A stretch of DNA of 64,000 nt from an uncultured delta proteobacterium (GTDB lineage: Bacteria > Desulfobacterota > Desulfomonilia > UBA1062), in NCBI GenBank assembly GCA_963752595.1, contig CAVVYZ010000002.1, forward strand, positions 64,001-128,000, given 5' to 3'. The notes under the pieces were generated by a model that saw nothing but the letters and a program-made list of their open reading frames with translations, searched no databases and was not told the origin of the DNA. A program made the translations under genes and the position numbers. Shown here in pieces: positions 1-8,979 of the stretch (position 1 is its first letter; each line of letters starts with the position of its first letter).

Positions 1-654
1 CAGCTTGAGCGCATTCATCTTGAACTCGGTGTACTGGGGCTGTCTGTACTGGTAGAGACGGATAAGGAACTTCATCAACCTGCTCATAGGGGTGGCGATC
101 TTCCTGCCTTTGAGCCTCATGATGAACTCGTCCTTTTCCTTGAGCGAGCAGCTCACCCATGAATCGGTATCCTCGAAATCGATGCCGGCAAGAAACTTGG
201 GGAAGCCTGCGAAGTCGATGCCCCACCGCAAGGCCTCTTCGGTGGTGACGGGCAGGTGGTGGATGTACGGGTAGAAGTTGAACCGGATAAGCTGGCGCAG
301 GAGGTTGTAGCCGGGAATGGCCATAATGTCCGGGTTGTTGAGCAGCACGGAAATGGCGACCTCGTTATACGGCCCCACGTCGGTGTCATGGTATTCGAAG
401 CAGGCAATTGCCAGGCCGCCGATGCCCGGAAGCATCTGGGCCGGTGTGAACCGGGGATCGGGGAGCAGCTTCTTCAACGCCAGGATGCTTGCAGGGAAAA
501 TCGCCACATGAGCCCGTGCATCGCGGTAGAAGATGGGGAGCTTGACCTTTGTCCCTGCTGCCCATACATCGACCTGTTCAACCCCTTGGAAGAAATCATC
601 GTATGAATGGTGGTTATGGTGCTTATGCTTCTTGTGTGTATTGTGGTGCGTCAT
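1..654 (-). CDS. Acetoacetate decarboxylase (ADC)-family protein with His-rich N-terminus; 3' end runs off the window
   Basis: Not in the ORF track. Manual translation from ATG at 654: MTHHNTHKKHKHHNHHSYDDFFQGVEQ...KLPIFYRDA...FEYHDTDVGPYNEVAIS...HHLPVTTEEALRWGIDFAGFPKFLA. The 'Y.D.DVGPYNE' and 'G...GFPK' motifs are typical of the ADC fold. RBS GAGGAGGT at 661-668 (minus). Confidence 0.8.
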   Translation of the reverse strand, partial: MTHHNTHKKHKHHNHHSYDDFFQGVEQVDVWAAGTKVKLPIFYRDARAHVAIFPASILALKKLLPDPRFTPAQMLPGIGGLAIACFEYHDTDVGPYNEVAISVLLNNPDIMAIPGYNLLRQLIRFNFYPYIHHLPVTTEEALRWGIDFAGFPKFLAGIDFEDTDSWVSCSLKEKDEFIMRLKGRKIATPMSRLMKFLIRLYQYRQPQYTEFKMNALKL

Positions 655-849
655 CGGGAAACCTCCTCGGAATGCATGTAAGGCTATATACTGATATTAT
701 AAATGAGCCTGCAGGAAATACAATACATTAGAACAAATAAATGATTTTATTGTTGATACAGGGGACTCTTCTCATTATCTTTTACTTCGTCTCTATGGGG
801 AGATGCATCTTTTGTTACCGTGCTTATTTTCATGAAGAAGGAGGAATCT

Positions 850-2036
850 ATGGGCCTTTCGTTGCATGCAGGTGAAGGGGAAAGGGAATTCATCGATCTC
901 ACGGAATCATTTGCCAGGAAAGCCGTGCTGCCCATGTTCGGAGGCGATTCCGCGGACGGCGATCTCGGAAAAGTTCCTTCGCTTCTGGACAAGGCCTTCG
1001 AGATCGGGCTTGCAGCTTCTCCCGACCGGCAGATGCCCGGGTATGAATACGGCATCTGGGGTTCTTCCATCCGGGAGAGCGGTATGCGGCTTTCGGTAAC
1101 CATGCTCTCAGTCATTGCCGAGGCATGTGGGCGGAGTTGCCATGAACCTCCATAGCCAGGGGCTCGCTTCGCTCATCATATCCCTATCGGGCAAGGAGGT
1201 TCCCGAACCTCCCAAGCGTGCAGCGCTAGCCCTGCAGGAGGGATACGGTCCACCCGGGTATGGGACACTTCCTCGATCCGGGCGCTGATGCACCGGCCCG
1301 GATAATGACCCAGGCACGCCCTTCCGGCCAAGGCTATACAATCAGCGGGGAAAAATCCTTTGTTTATGCCCTGAAAGGGGTGGAGTCGTTCGTAGTGGCA
1401 TGCAGGGTAGGGAATGAGAAAGATCACGGGTGGGGTTTGTTCCTGGTTCCCGCATCCTCAAAAGGTGCCAGTATCCGGTCTGTATCGGGAAGGACCGGCC
1501 TGAGGGCATGTGATGTGCTCCGGATCGGTTTTGAAAACGTAGAAGTGCCCGGCCCGGCACGGATCGATGAGGGTAACGGAGCTGGTCTCGTGAATAAGGC
1601 GCTGTGCATCAACTGGCTTGGCATTTCGGCAATCGCAGCAGGCATCGCCAAGGGCGCTGTACGGGCTGCGAGAGAGTATGCTTCCACCCGTTACCAGGGC
1701 GGAGCGATGATCGAGAATCATCCTGCAATACAGAAGCTCATTGCGCTCTCGGAAGCACGGATGGAAACAGCACACGCTCACCTGAACCAGGTCGCGAGCC
1801 TAAGCCTGGAAGGTAAAGGCTTACTACCCCGTTGTGCCATAGCCAAGCTCATGGTCACGGACCTTTGTTTCCACGCAGTCACCGATTCCCTCCAGGTGTT
1901 CGGGGGTTATGGCTACATGGAGGATTACGGTATGGAAAAGCGATTGCGGGATGCCGCTGTATTGAAATCCGTCAGCGGTTCGCCCAATAGTCTCGAGCTT
2001 TTCATCTTCGAGGCAGGAAAGGAGGTGTCCGCATGA
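850..2036 (+). CDS. Acyl-CoA dehydrogenase family protein (two frameshifts near 1130 and 1260, probably assembly indels)
   Basis: GAGGA RBS then ATG 850. N-terminal 'IAEACG-GVAMNLHSQG' continues in another frame; C-terminal ORF 1260-2036 has 'RYQGG..I', 'LQVFGGYGYMEDYGMEKRLRDA'. Confidence 0.8.
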
Positions 2037-3370
2037 GTATGCTCGAGGCAGGACCGGCAGCCAGGATCGAGTCGCTCAAGGTGAAGAACGCCGCGAAGAA
2101 TCTCGATTTCTTCGGCAGGCTGCTCATCGATAACCGGGAGATGACCATATGGGAGCATGACACCAAGCTTCTTCCCTTCGGTGCCAGGGTATGGCGAAAG
2201 AGAGCCAGGGCCTTTGCCAGGGAGCACATCCGCCCCTGTGCCGCTGCGGCGGATATCTCACCGCATGAATACGATACCAGGCCTATGATCCTCAAGGCAG
2301 CAAAGCACGGGTTTCAGACCACCCTGCTTGCGATGCCGCTGGGCACGGCCTTCCCTGGGAGTTATTTTCTCAAGTCCGCATCATTGCAGCCGGCTGTCAT
2401 AGCAGAAGAGTTTGCGGCAGAATGCGGTGGTCTCGCACTCCTGCTCATGGCCCACCACCTCGGGTGCGCCCCGCTGCTCATGAGCGGTCACGTCCCGACC
2501 TTTTTCCGTCATCTCCTCCCGCTTTATGCAAAGACATTCCTGGGAAGGCCGGAGGTCATGGCCTTTGCCATTACCGAACCCGGCGCAGGCTCCGACGTGG
2601 AGGAAACCGAGGGAGGGGCTTCGGCCCAGCTGGTAACTACGGCGAAAAGAGTGCCCGGCGGCTACTCGATCAAAGGCCGGAAATGCTTTATCTCGGACGG
2701 TGCCATAGCAGACAAGGTCACTCTGTTTGCGAAGCTGGAAGGGGAGGGGATCGAATCCTGGACGTGCTTTCTCATCGAGAAAGACATGCCCGGGTATTCC
2801 ATCGGAAGGCGCGAGCACAAAATGGGGCAGCGGGCGGCGGATGCCGCTGAACTGATCCTGGAGGATGTGTTCGTGCCCGATAAGAACATCGTGGGAAGAC
2901 TCAGGAGCGGATGGGCAAACAACAGAAACGTCCTGAACTATTCCCGGCCCGTGGTGGGTGCCATGGCCCTGGGACATGCACGCGGGGCATTCGAGAGGGC
3001 GCTCGAGTTCTGCCGCAAAACCATGCTTGGGCCAAAAAGGCTTATCGATTACAAGGACATCCAGATCGAGCTGGCGGACATGATCGTCAAGCTCTGGTCA
3101 GCCCGAGCCCTGGTATGGCACAGCTGCAGCCAGTTCAGGTGCTATCAGTCGGCATCGGCTGCGGCCAAAGTGGCTGCATCGGATATCGCTTTCAGCGTGT
3201 GCACAAAGTCGCTCGAAATCATGGGCGACCATGGTTATGTCCACTCCAACGGTGCGGAAAGGCTCTGGAGAGACTCCCGTCTCACGCAGATCTATGAAGG
3301 CACGAACCAGATCAACCGCCTTGCGATCATAGAACACCAATGGGAGGCCGAGCTGACACGATCGATGTAA
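2033..3370 (+). CDS. Acyl-CoA dehydrogenase
   Basis: 'AFAITEPGAGSD', 'GRKCFISDG', 'KMGQRA', 'GDHGY...ERLWRDSRLTQIYEGTNQINR'; ATGA overlap with the upstream gene. Confidence 0.92.
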   Translation: MSMLEAGPAARIESLKVKNAAKNLDFFGRLLIDNREMTIWEHDTKLLPFGARVWRKRARAFAREHIRPCAAAADISPHEYDTRPMILKAAKHGFQTTLLAMPLGTAFPGSYFLKSASLQPAVIAEEFAAECGGLALLLMAHHLGCAPLLMSGHVPTFFRHLLPLYAKTFLGRPEVMAFAITEPGAGSDVEETEGGASAQLVTTAKRVPGGYSIKGRKCFISDGAIADKVTLFAKLEGEGIESWTCFLIEKDMPGYSIGRREHKMGQRAADAAELILEDVFVPDKNIVGRLRSGWANNRNVLNYSRPVVGAMALGHARGAFERALEFCRKTMLGPKRLIDYKDIQIELADMIVKLWSARALVWHSCSQFRCYQSASAAAKVAASDIAFSVCTKSLEIMGDHGYVHSNGAERLWRDSRLTQIYEGTNQINRLAIIEHQWEAELTRSM

Positions 3371-5002
3371 GACAGGATTGCTTTGGTAATGAATGGGTAG
3401 ATGACGGATAAAGTGTGATAATTAAGGTTTGAGCGTACAAGAATTGTGATGATGAAGCCACGATACTCTCCTGCAATTTGATGAATTTAATTAATCTTCT
3501 AAGATCTTTCATGTACTTATAGTACTCGAAAAGCTCACCCGGATCATATTTAAGCTTAGATATCCATGAGAGACTTGTTGATTATCTGTAAGGAATCATT
3601 ATAGAATATTAAATGTAACTCTTTATAGGAAGATATGAAGGAAGCTAATTGTTTGGTATGAGAATGTTTGCTCATTTTGGTTTTCTGAAACGTTTCATCT
3701 TGAAACGACAGGTTTTCTCTTCTCGATCCTGGTTATTTTTCTGCTACTGCCGGGATGCAGCGCCATGAGCAACGGAAGGCGCTGGGGCGAGGAACGTTAC
3801 ACTCTGGCCACTGGGAAAATATCGGTGAATCGAGCCTTCGATGCAGCAACTTCTCCCATGGTCTTCGTCCCTGCCACAGCCGCACTTCTCCTCCAGATCG
3901 GAGATGCCGACAAGAGGCTTTCGGACTGGGCGATTGATCACACACCCATCGCCGGTTCAAATGACCGGGCAGAAAGATTGAGCAAAGATCTCAGCGCCAT
4001 ATCATCCGTTGTATATCATCCGGTGTCTTTTACTTAAGCATATCTGGCTACTCCCAGCGGTCAGCGATCCGGTGTCCTAGGGAGCTTCCAAGGTTAAAGG
4101 GGACTGCTATACAGGGAAGCGCAGTCTTTCCTGAACCATGAAGCTCGTCTATGTACTTAAAGATGATCCGTTGGGAGAGAGCGTCCTGATAGAGCAACTC
4201 AGTGAGAATTTCCCCTCCAGCATGGCATCCGACTCTGCTGCATACACATCCCTTGCCGTAAAAAACATCAAAACCATGAATATACATGGTCCGGCCGAGA
4301 CATCTCTAGGCTAGGCTTTGTGCTGCATGCCCTGAACATTCGCCGTTGCCTGGGAGAGGGTCGTAGGCAAGGGCCCAGCTATCCTTCGGATGCGCTTGCT
4401 AAGGCATCTCTCTCGGCTACTTCACGAGTTCATTCTTCAACGATTCCTTCATGGGTACTTGATCCAAAGCAGAAAGGCATGCCTGTCGCTGGATTCAACG
4501 GAAAAGAAGTATTCATGGGTTATCGTTGGAGATTCTAAAATGCGATGAATGTCGAGCATACCTGCAAATAGAATCCTGCAGTTTTTCCCGGGATTGTTTA
4601 CCCTGAAAAAAATTATCTTTATGTTTTTCTGATTAAACACCTCACCATATTATTTAAACCGTCAGATATTATCAAGCTGACTGAAGACATAGGCCCTTTC
4701 TTCGTAGCTGATCTCTTCACCTCAGGAGGGCTTATAGTATTAATACCCGAAAGGGAGACATACCATTATGTAAGAAGGGCAATGTTTAGCATTGGTAATG
4801 CCGCTCTTTGTCCCATTTGTAAGGGCATGCTCTCAAGTGATCAGTCCTCCATCTATGCTGTTCAACTATTTGAAAATCCAACACAATCGAACTGTTAACA
4901 TAGCTGAGGCCGGATTTATATGTAGTGATCTTAAAGTAATGTGACACTAATGAGATTAACTTGTGAATCATTTCTGTTATTCATTCCATAGGAGGTTAAA
5001 TC

Positions 5003-5780
5003 ATGAAAAGAGTATAATCCTCGCTCTGGCAATACAGTATAATGAGCACAGTCGTTTATGCTGCCACGGAGCCGGAGATCATATGGGCAGGAGGGGAGTT
5101 GGAGGCTCGCGAATCAATCAGGCCCCAGGATATATTGCTGAAACCTTTGTCTATTTAGGTCAGTTAGACTCAATGTATATATTACAGCGACCCCATGGTT
5201 ATCGTAAAGGAGACCCGATTTGCGGACCGACCTTGGTGTGGGTGTACGGCTGCCGATTCCAGGTAGTCAGGTCATTGCAGGGTATAATCTATTTTTGGAC
5301 ATGACCACGGACAATGTCCAAAAACGTATGGGCACGGGAGCGGAAATCTTCCATCCGAAATTCTCTGCACATCAACATCTATCTACCTACCTGTACTCAG
5401 CATCATCGAGAAGAAGCAATCCCCGGGATCGACCTCACGCTGGGAATCCCCATTCCCGATGCCGGCTTTATTACTGTGTGGCCCGGAATATATTACTATG
5501 GTGGGGAAATTCAGACTGATGTGGGAGGCGTAAGCCTTGCGGTGAAGTAAAGCCCGTAAAAGCTGTCTCCATAATAGTGGGCGGTCGGAGCGATGCCCTT
5601 GAGGTGGGCAGGAACGACCCCGAAATATTTACCGAGCTGCAGGTTACTATCCCGATGAGACACCTGGGAAAGGATCTCTTCAAGTTCGATAAGGGCGAAT
5701 ATCCTATCAATATTAAAAACCAGCTCGATCACCGGATCATACGGGAGCCATTCATAACGGTTGAGCATAAGGAGCTATGA
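5003..5780 (+). pseudogene. Inverse-autotransporter (intimin/invasin-type) beta-barrel domain protein, multiply frameshifted, no passenger domain
   Basis: AGGAGG RBS then ATG 5003 with a signal-peptide-like start. Fragments 'DLGVGVRLP..VIAGYNLFLD...KRMGTGAEIF', 'HINIYLPT', 'GIDLTLG' and terminal 'QLDHRIIREPFITVEHKEL' resemble IAT_beta segments. Confidence 0.55.
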
Positions 5781-5793
5781 TAAAGGATCTTTC

Positions 5794-5823
5794 TTGACTT
5801 CGTGAGGCATTCTCTTCTATACA
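5794..5823 (+). promoter_or_regulatory. Sigma70-like promoter upstream of the tRNA fragment
   Basis: TTGACT-N18-TATACA, ending 12 nt before the tRNA-like 5' end. Confidence 0.45.
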
Positions 5824-5835
5824 GTACGTCGGAAT

Positions 5836-5869
5836 CGGGAAGTGGCTCAGTCTGATAGATCACAGCGTT
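5836..5869 (+). pseudogene. Degenerate 5' half of tRNA-Pro (truncated at the anticodon loop)
   Basis: CGGGAAGTGGCTCAGTCTGATAGATCACAGCGTT resembles the bacterial tRNA-Pro 5' pattern CGGGAAGTGGCTCAG..TGGTAGAGCACTGCGTT; no T-arm or acceptor 3' strand follows. Confidence 0.6.
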
Positions 5870-6085
5870 ATCTGAAAACTGATGATTTTCAGGTGACATC
5901 TATACAAAACGCCCTATACATTCGAGACTATAAAGTATGGCACGATATTTCTACCTTTTGTGAATATTCAGAAGGGTCTATTTTCTGACCTTGTCAGTTC
6001 GTTATCTTTATTGGTACGGTCAAGTTATAGCGAATACAGATAAGGATAGGCATTCCGCCTGTGTTTCTTGCTTCTGGCGGATTAC

Positions 6086-6193
6086 CTACTTGCTGGGGTA
6101 GGGGTGGGAAGCCTTCCGGGAGAAGCGCGCTACGAAACGCAGGCCAATACCCGCAAAGGCCAAAGAGCCGATGGTTATGAAAAGCAGTGTCAT
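6086..6193 (-). CDS. 35-aa single-TM microprotein (cassette copy 1)
   Basis: MTLLFITIGSLAFAGIGLRFVARFSRKASHPYPSK. TAATG overlap with the upstream gene; a paralog of identical length lies at 13562-13669. Confidence 0.75.
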   Translation of the reverse strand: MTLLFITIGSLAFAGIGLRFVARFSRKASHPYPSK

Positions 6194-6429
6194 TAGCGCG
6201 CCCTCCTCTCGATGATGACCTCCTGGATAAAACCCTTGAAGCCGAGCACGATGCCGATGATGAGCAGGAGCAACGTGAAGTTGGGGGCCATGCCGGTTAC
6301 CTTGTCGAGCCAGAGTCCTGCATAGAGGCCCAGGTAGGTCATGACCACGAGCACGATGCTGTAGCCGCTGATCCTGGTGAGCCTGTTTGCCAGTGCCCTG
6401 GGGATTCTTTCTTTTCTTGCCTTTTTCAT
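6193..6429 (-). CDS. AtpZ/AtpI-like (ATPase gene 1 family) two-TM small membrane protein
   Basis: 78 aa with 'GLYAGLWLDKVTGMAPNFTLLLLIIGIVLGF', the G..LD......P...L..G..G pattern of that family; AGGAGG RBS. Confidence 0.75.
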   Translation of the reverse strand: MKKARKERIPRALANRLTRISGYSIVLVVMTYLGLYAGLWLDKVTGMAPNFTLLLLIIGIVLGFKGFIQEVIIERRAR

Positions 6430-6460
6430 GGCACACCTCCTTGAGCTGGTTTGCCGTGTC

Positions 6461-6637
6461 CTAGAAAAGCCTCATGATCAGTTCTCTTGCCGGTGCGGTA
6501 TTGATTCCCACCAGGGCTACCATGAGAATGAATACTGCGGTAGCTTCGGCAGCGGTGATTCCCAGCACCTTATAAGTGAACCTGATCCCGATCCCGGTCA
6601 TGAACAAGCATCCGATTACGATCCAAAGGGTCAGCAT
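6461..6637 (-). CDS. 58-aa two-TM microprotein (cassette copy 1)
   Basis: Below the ORF-track cutoff: MLTLWIVIGCLFMTGIGIRFTYKVLGITAAEATAVFILMVALVGINTAPARELIMRLF. AGGAGG RBS; paralog at 13683-13859 with mostly synonymous or conservative changes. Confidence 0.85.
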   Translation of the reverse strand: MLTLWIVIGCLFMTGIGIRFTYKVLGITAAEATAVFILMVALVGINTAPARELIMRLF

Positions 6638-6681
6638 TGTCTTGTCCTCCTTTGTTTTTTATTGATTCCTGACAAGGATAT

Positions 6682-6697
6682 ATCAAGGGCCGTGCCA
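6682..6697 (-). promoter_or_regulatory. Sigma54 (-24/-12) promoter, cassette copy 1
   Basis: TGGCACGGCCCTTGAT on the minus strand (GG-N10-GA variant). An IHF-like TATCAGTTAGTTG lies at 6713-6725. Confidence 0.7.
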
Positions 6698-6761
6698 ACC
6701 GTTAAATGTTAACAACTAACTGATATTTAAAGACAATATAAATCAACTTGAAACCGGAGAT

Positions 6762-6857
6762 TGACAGTTTGGCACCAGGGGCTCATTTCAGCACCTCTGC
6801 TTTGACAAACTGGCAAAATGATCTTGAATCCGATTTCTTCCCAATGACAGTTTGGCA
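6762..6857. promoter_or_regulatory. Three phased TGACA-N3-TGGCA boxes (putative enhancer-binding-protein UAS)
   Basis: TGACAGTTTGGCA 6762, TGACAAACTGGCA 6803, TGACAGTTTGGCA 6845; spacing 41 and 42 bp. Confidence 0.7.
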
Positions 6858-6868
6858 TATACCTTGCC

Positions 6869-8264
6869 CTATCGGGCATTGGTCAGCCTGATATGAACTC
6901 CCATGTCCTCGTAGGCAACCAGCCGCGATTGAAAGCTGCTCTTGAGAATGCCGTTCTCATCCACGTAATCGTAGATTATTGCCTCGTGCTTGCCTTCGGA
7001 TACCCGCAGGATGCGGCCTATGTACTGCTTCACCCTCCCGGTGAACTTGATGGGCGTTGCAAGGAAGATGGAGGTGAGCTCCTTGAGGTCGAACCCCTCG
7101 CCGATGAGCTGGGCCGTGGCAACGAGGATATGGTCACGGGTATTGTTCAGCTTTTCGATGAGCTCGGCTCGCTGGTTCGTGGGCATTGAGCCGGTGAGGA
7201 GCGATACGGATGAGCCCTTGGAGGCGATCATCCGGTAGAGCTCCTCGCAGTGCGCCACACGGTCCGAGATCACCAGCGCGATGCCGTTCTCGCCCGAGTT
7301 GGTGCGCTCGACCACGTCGCTTGCGATGAGTGCGTTTCTCTTCTTGTCCGCTATCAGGGCCGAGATCATGGACTGGTATTCATCGGAATCGAAGTAGTAT
7401 GCACATTTCGTATTCCTAACCTTGAGCGTCGCTCTCATGATCTTCTCGATATCCTGGAGCTGGCGCGGCTGTATCCGGTGGAGACGGTCGCCGAGGTGAA
7501 AGTAGATGATCCTGGTGAGCTTGTCGCGGCGGTACGGCGTTGCGGACAGGCCGAGCATGAACGCGGTGTCGAGCTTGCCGGCAACCTCGGTAAAGGAGCG
7601 GGCAGGGACATGATGACATTCATCCACGATCAGGTGGCCGATTAACGGTTTGACCTCGTCAATGACTTTGAAGAGCGAATTGATGATCGCAATGGTAAGC
7701 TTTCTGCCTGTCTGCTTTTTTCCGTCTCCGACCAGCCCCACCTCATCTTCGGTGATATCCAGGAATTCGACCGCGCGCTTGAGCCACTGGTACATGAGCT
7801 CCTTGGTGTGGACGACCACGAGGGCAGGCTGAGCCCTGCGGGCAATGATATTCAGGGCAATCACCGTCTTCCCGGCTCCCGGAGGCGCTTCGAGCACGCC
7901 GAACCTTCGGGCGGTGAGGTCTCTGACTGCCTGGACCTGGTAGGGATGAAGCGTTGCCCGGAAGTCGAAAGTCACCGGATCGAGCATCCGGGTGCGGTCT
8001 ACGAGCATGTAGGGGGAGGGAGCCATTCTGCTCAGCAGGTGGTTGATATACCCGCGGGGAAGGATAAGGACGCCGTTTTCCCTCTCGTAGTAATCGAGCA
8101 TCTCGGGCTGGAAGTTGCGCCTTCTGCTCCTTTTGTATTTCTCCACCTGCTCCCACTTCGGGTTCGGGCAGGGTGAGATCTGCTTCAATGCGTTTGATGA
8201 CTTCCGGTGCAAGATCCGCCTCGAGCACCCTGACGGCGTTGTCTATGTGGATAACTGCTTCCAT
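6869..8264 (-). CDS. SF2 DEAD/DEAH-box helicase (ResIII/RAD25-like); one frameshift near 8170
   Basis: 'APPGAGKT', 'DECHH', 'LSATP', 'GEGFD', 'QYIGRILR'. N-terminus MEAVIHIDNAVRV...EADLTL from 8264 joins 'PNPKW' after a 1-nt shift. Confidence 0.85.
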
Positions 8265-8292
8265 TGCTGTGTTGCCTTTACAAATAAGACGA

Positions 8293-8865
8293 TCAGATGA
8301 CGCTTTTAAGGTCGTCGATGAGTCCGGCTGCCTCGTCTTTGCTCAATTCGATCCGCACCTTGCCGCCCCCGGGATGTGCAAAGGCGAGACGGATCTCCGA
8401 GCCGTCCTTCTCAACCGTCCATCTCCTGCCTTTGGGCATTTTCACCTTTGGCGAGAGCCAGTCGTCCGCCTCGAATTCAGCGATCTGGATGAGCACGCCG
8501 AAGGCATCTCTCGGATGGATGAAAAGCTCTTTCCAGATGGGGCCGTAGTCATTGAACCCGAAATAGGGGACATTGTTCTTTTCCAGGGTCTTTTTCGCCT
8601 CGTAGATATCGGGGGTCTGCATGGTGATGTGGTGGACGCCTCCCTGCTTGCTGCTCAGAAAGCCGTCGAGGAAGCTTCCGTCCCCGGTGGGGGTAAGGAG
8701 CTCGAACCTGCTCAAGTCGCCCAGCGCCATATTTTGCCAGAGATATTTCATGCTGCCGTCATCTGCATACGTGCCGGGCACGGCGCCGAGAAGCGTGGTG
8801 AAGAAGCTCAATGCCTTGTCATAGTCTCTTACTGCAAGAGCGACATGGTCGATTCGTGAGATCAT
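8293..8865 (-). CDS. VOC-family protein (methylmalonyl-CoA epimerase-like) with C-terminal extension
   Basis: 'RIDHVALAVRD', 'ELLTP', 'GGVHHI', 'FIHPRDAFGVLIQIAE'. Confidence 0.85.
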   Translation of the reverse strand: MISRIDHVALAVRDYDKALSFFTTLLGAVPGTYADDGSMKYLWQNMALGDLSRFELLTPTGDGSFLDGFLSSKQGGVHHITMQTPDIYEAKKTLEKNNVPYFGFNDYGPIWKELFIHPRDAFGVLIQIAEFEADDWLSPKVKMPKGRRWTVEKDGSEIRLAFAHPGGGKVRIELSKDEAAGLIDDLKSVI

Positions 8866-8979
8866 AAAGAACCACCTCTGATACAGTATGGCATATGTTC
8901 GTATAAGAAAGCTCCGTGGTTCGTCAATCGTTTTATCCGTGAGTCGGGGAAGCCTGCTCCGCCGGGGAAAGGACGTGTA

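Noticed and set aside
4740-4765. CCC-GAAA-GGG hairpin as part of a riboswitch
   Set aside because: No other conserved c-di-GMP or other riboswitch elements recognisable nearby.
6086-6436. 116-aa ORF-track call overlapping the AtpZ-like gene
   Set aside because: Only the last 35 codons (from ATG 6193) match the paralog; the rest is an alternative-frame extension.
6853-6868. Plus-strand sigma54-like TGGCATATACCTTGCC pointing antisense into the helicase gene
   Set aside because: It shares its TGGCA with the third UAS box, has no counterpart in cassette copy 2 and has no gene downstream; likely coincidental.
1100-8200. Programmed frameshifting in the acyl-CoA dehydrogenase or helicase genes
   Set aside because: No slippery heptamer or stimulatory structure seen; the shifts fall in short G/C runs, like the other apparent assembly indels.
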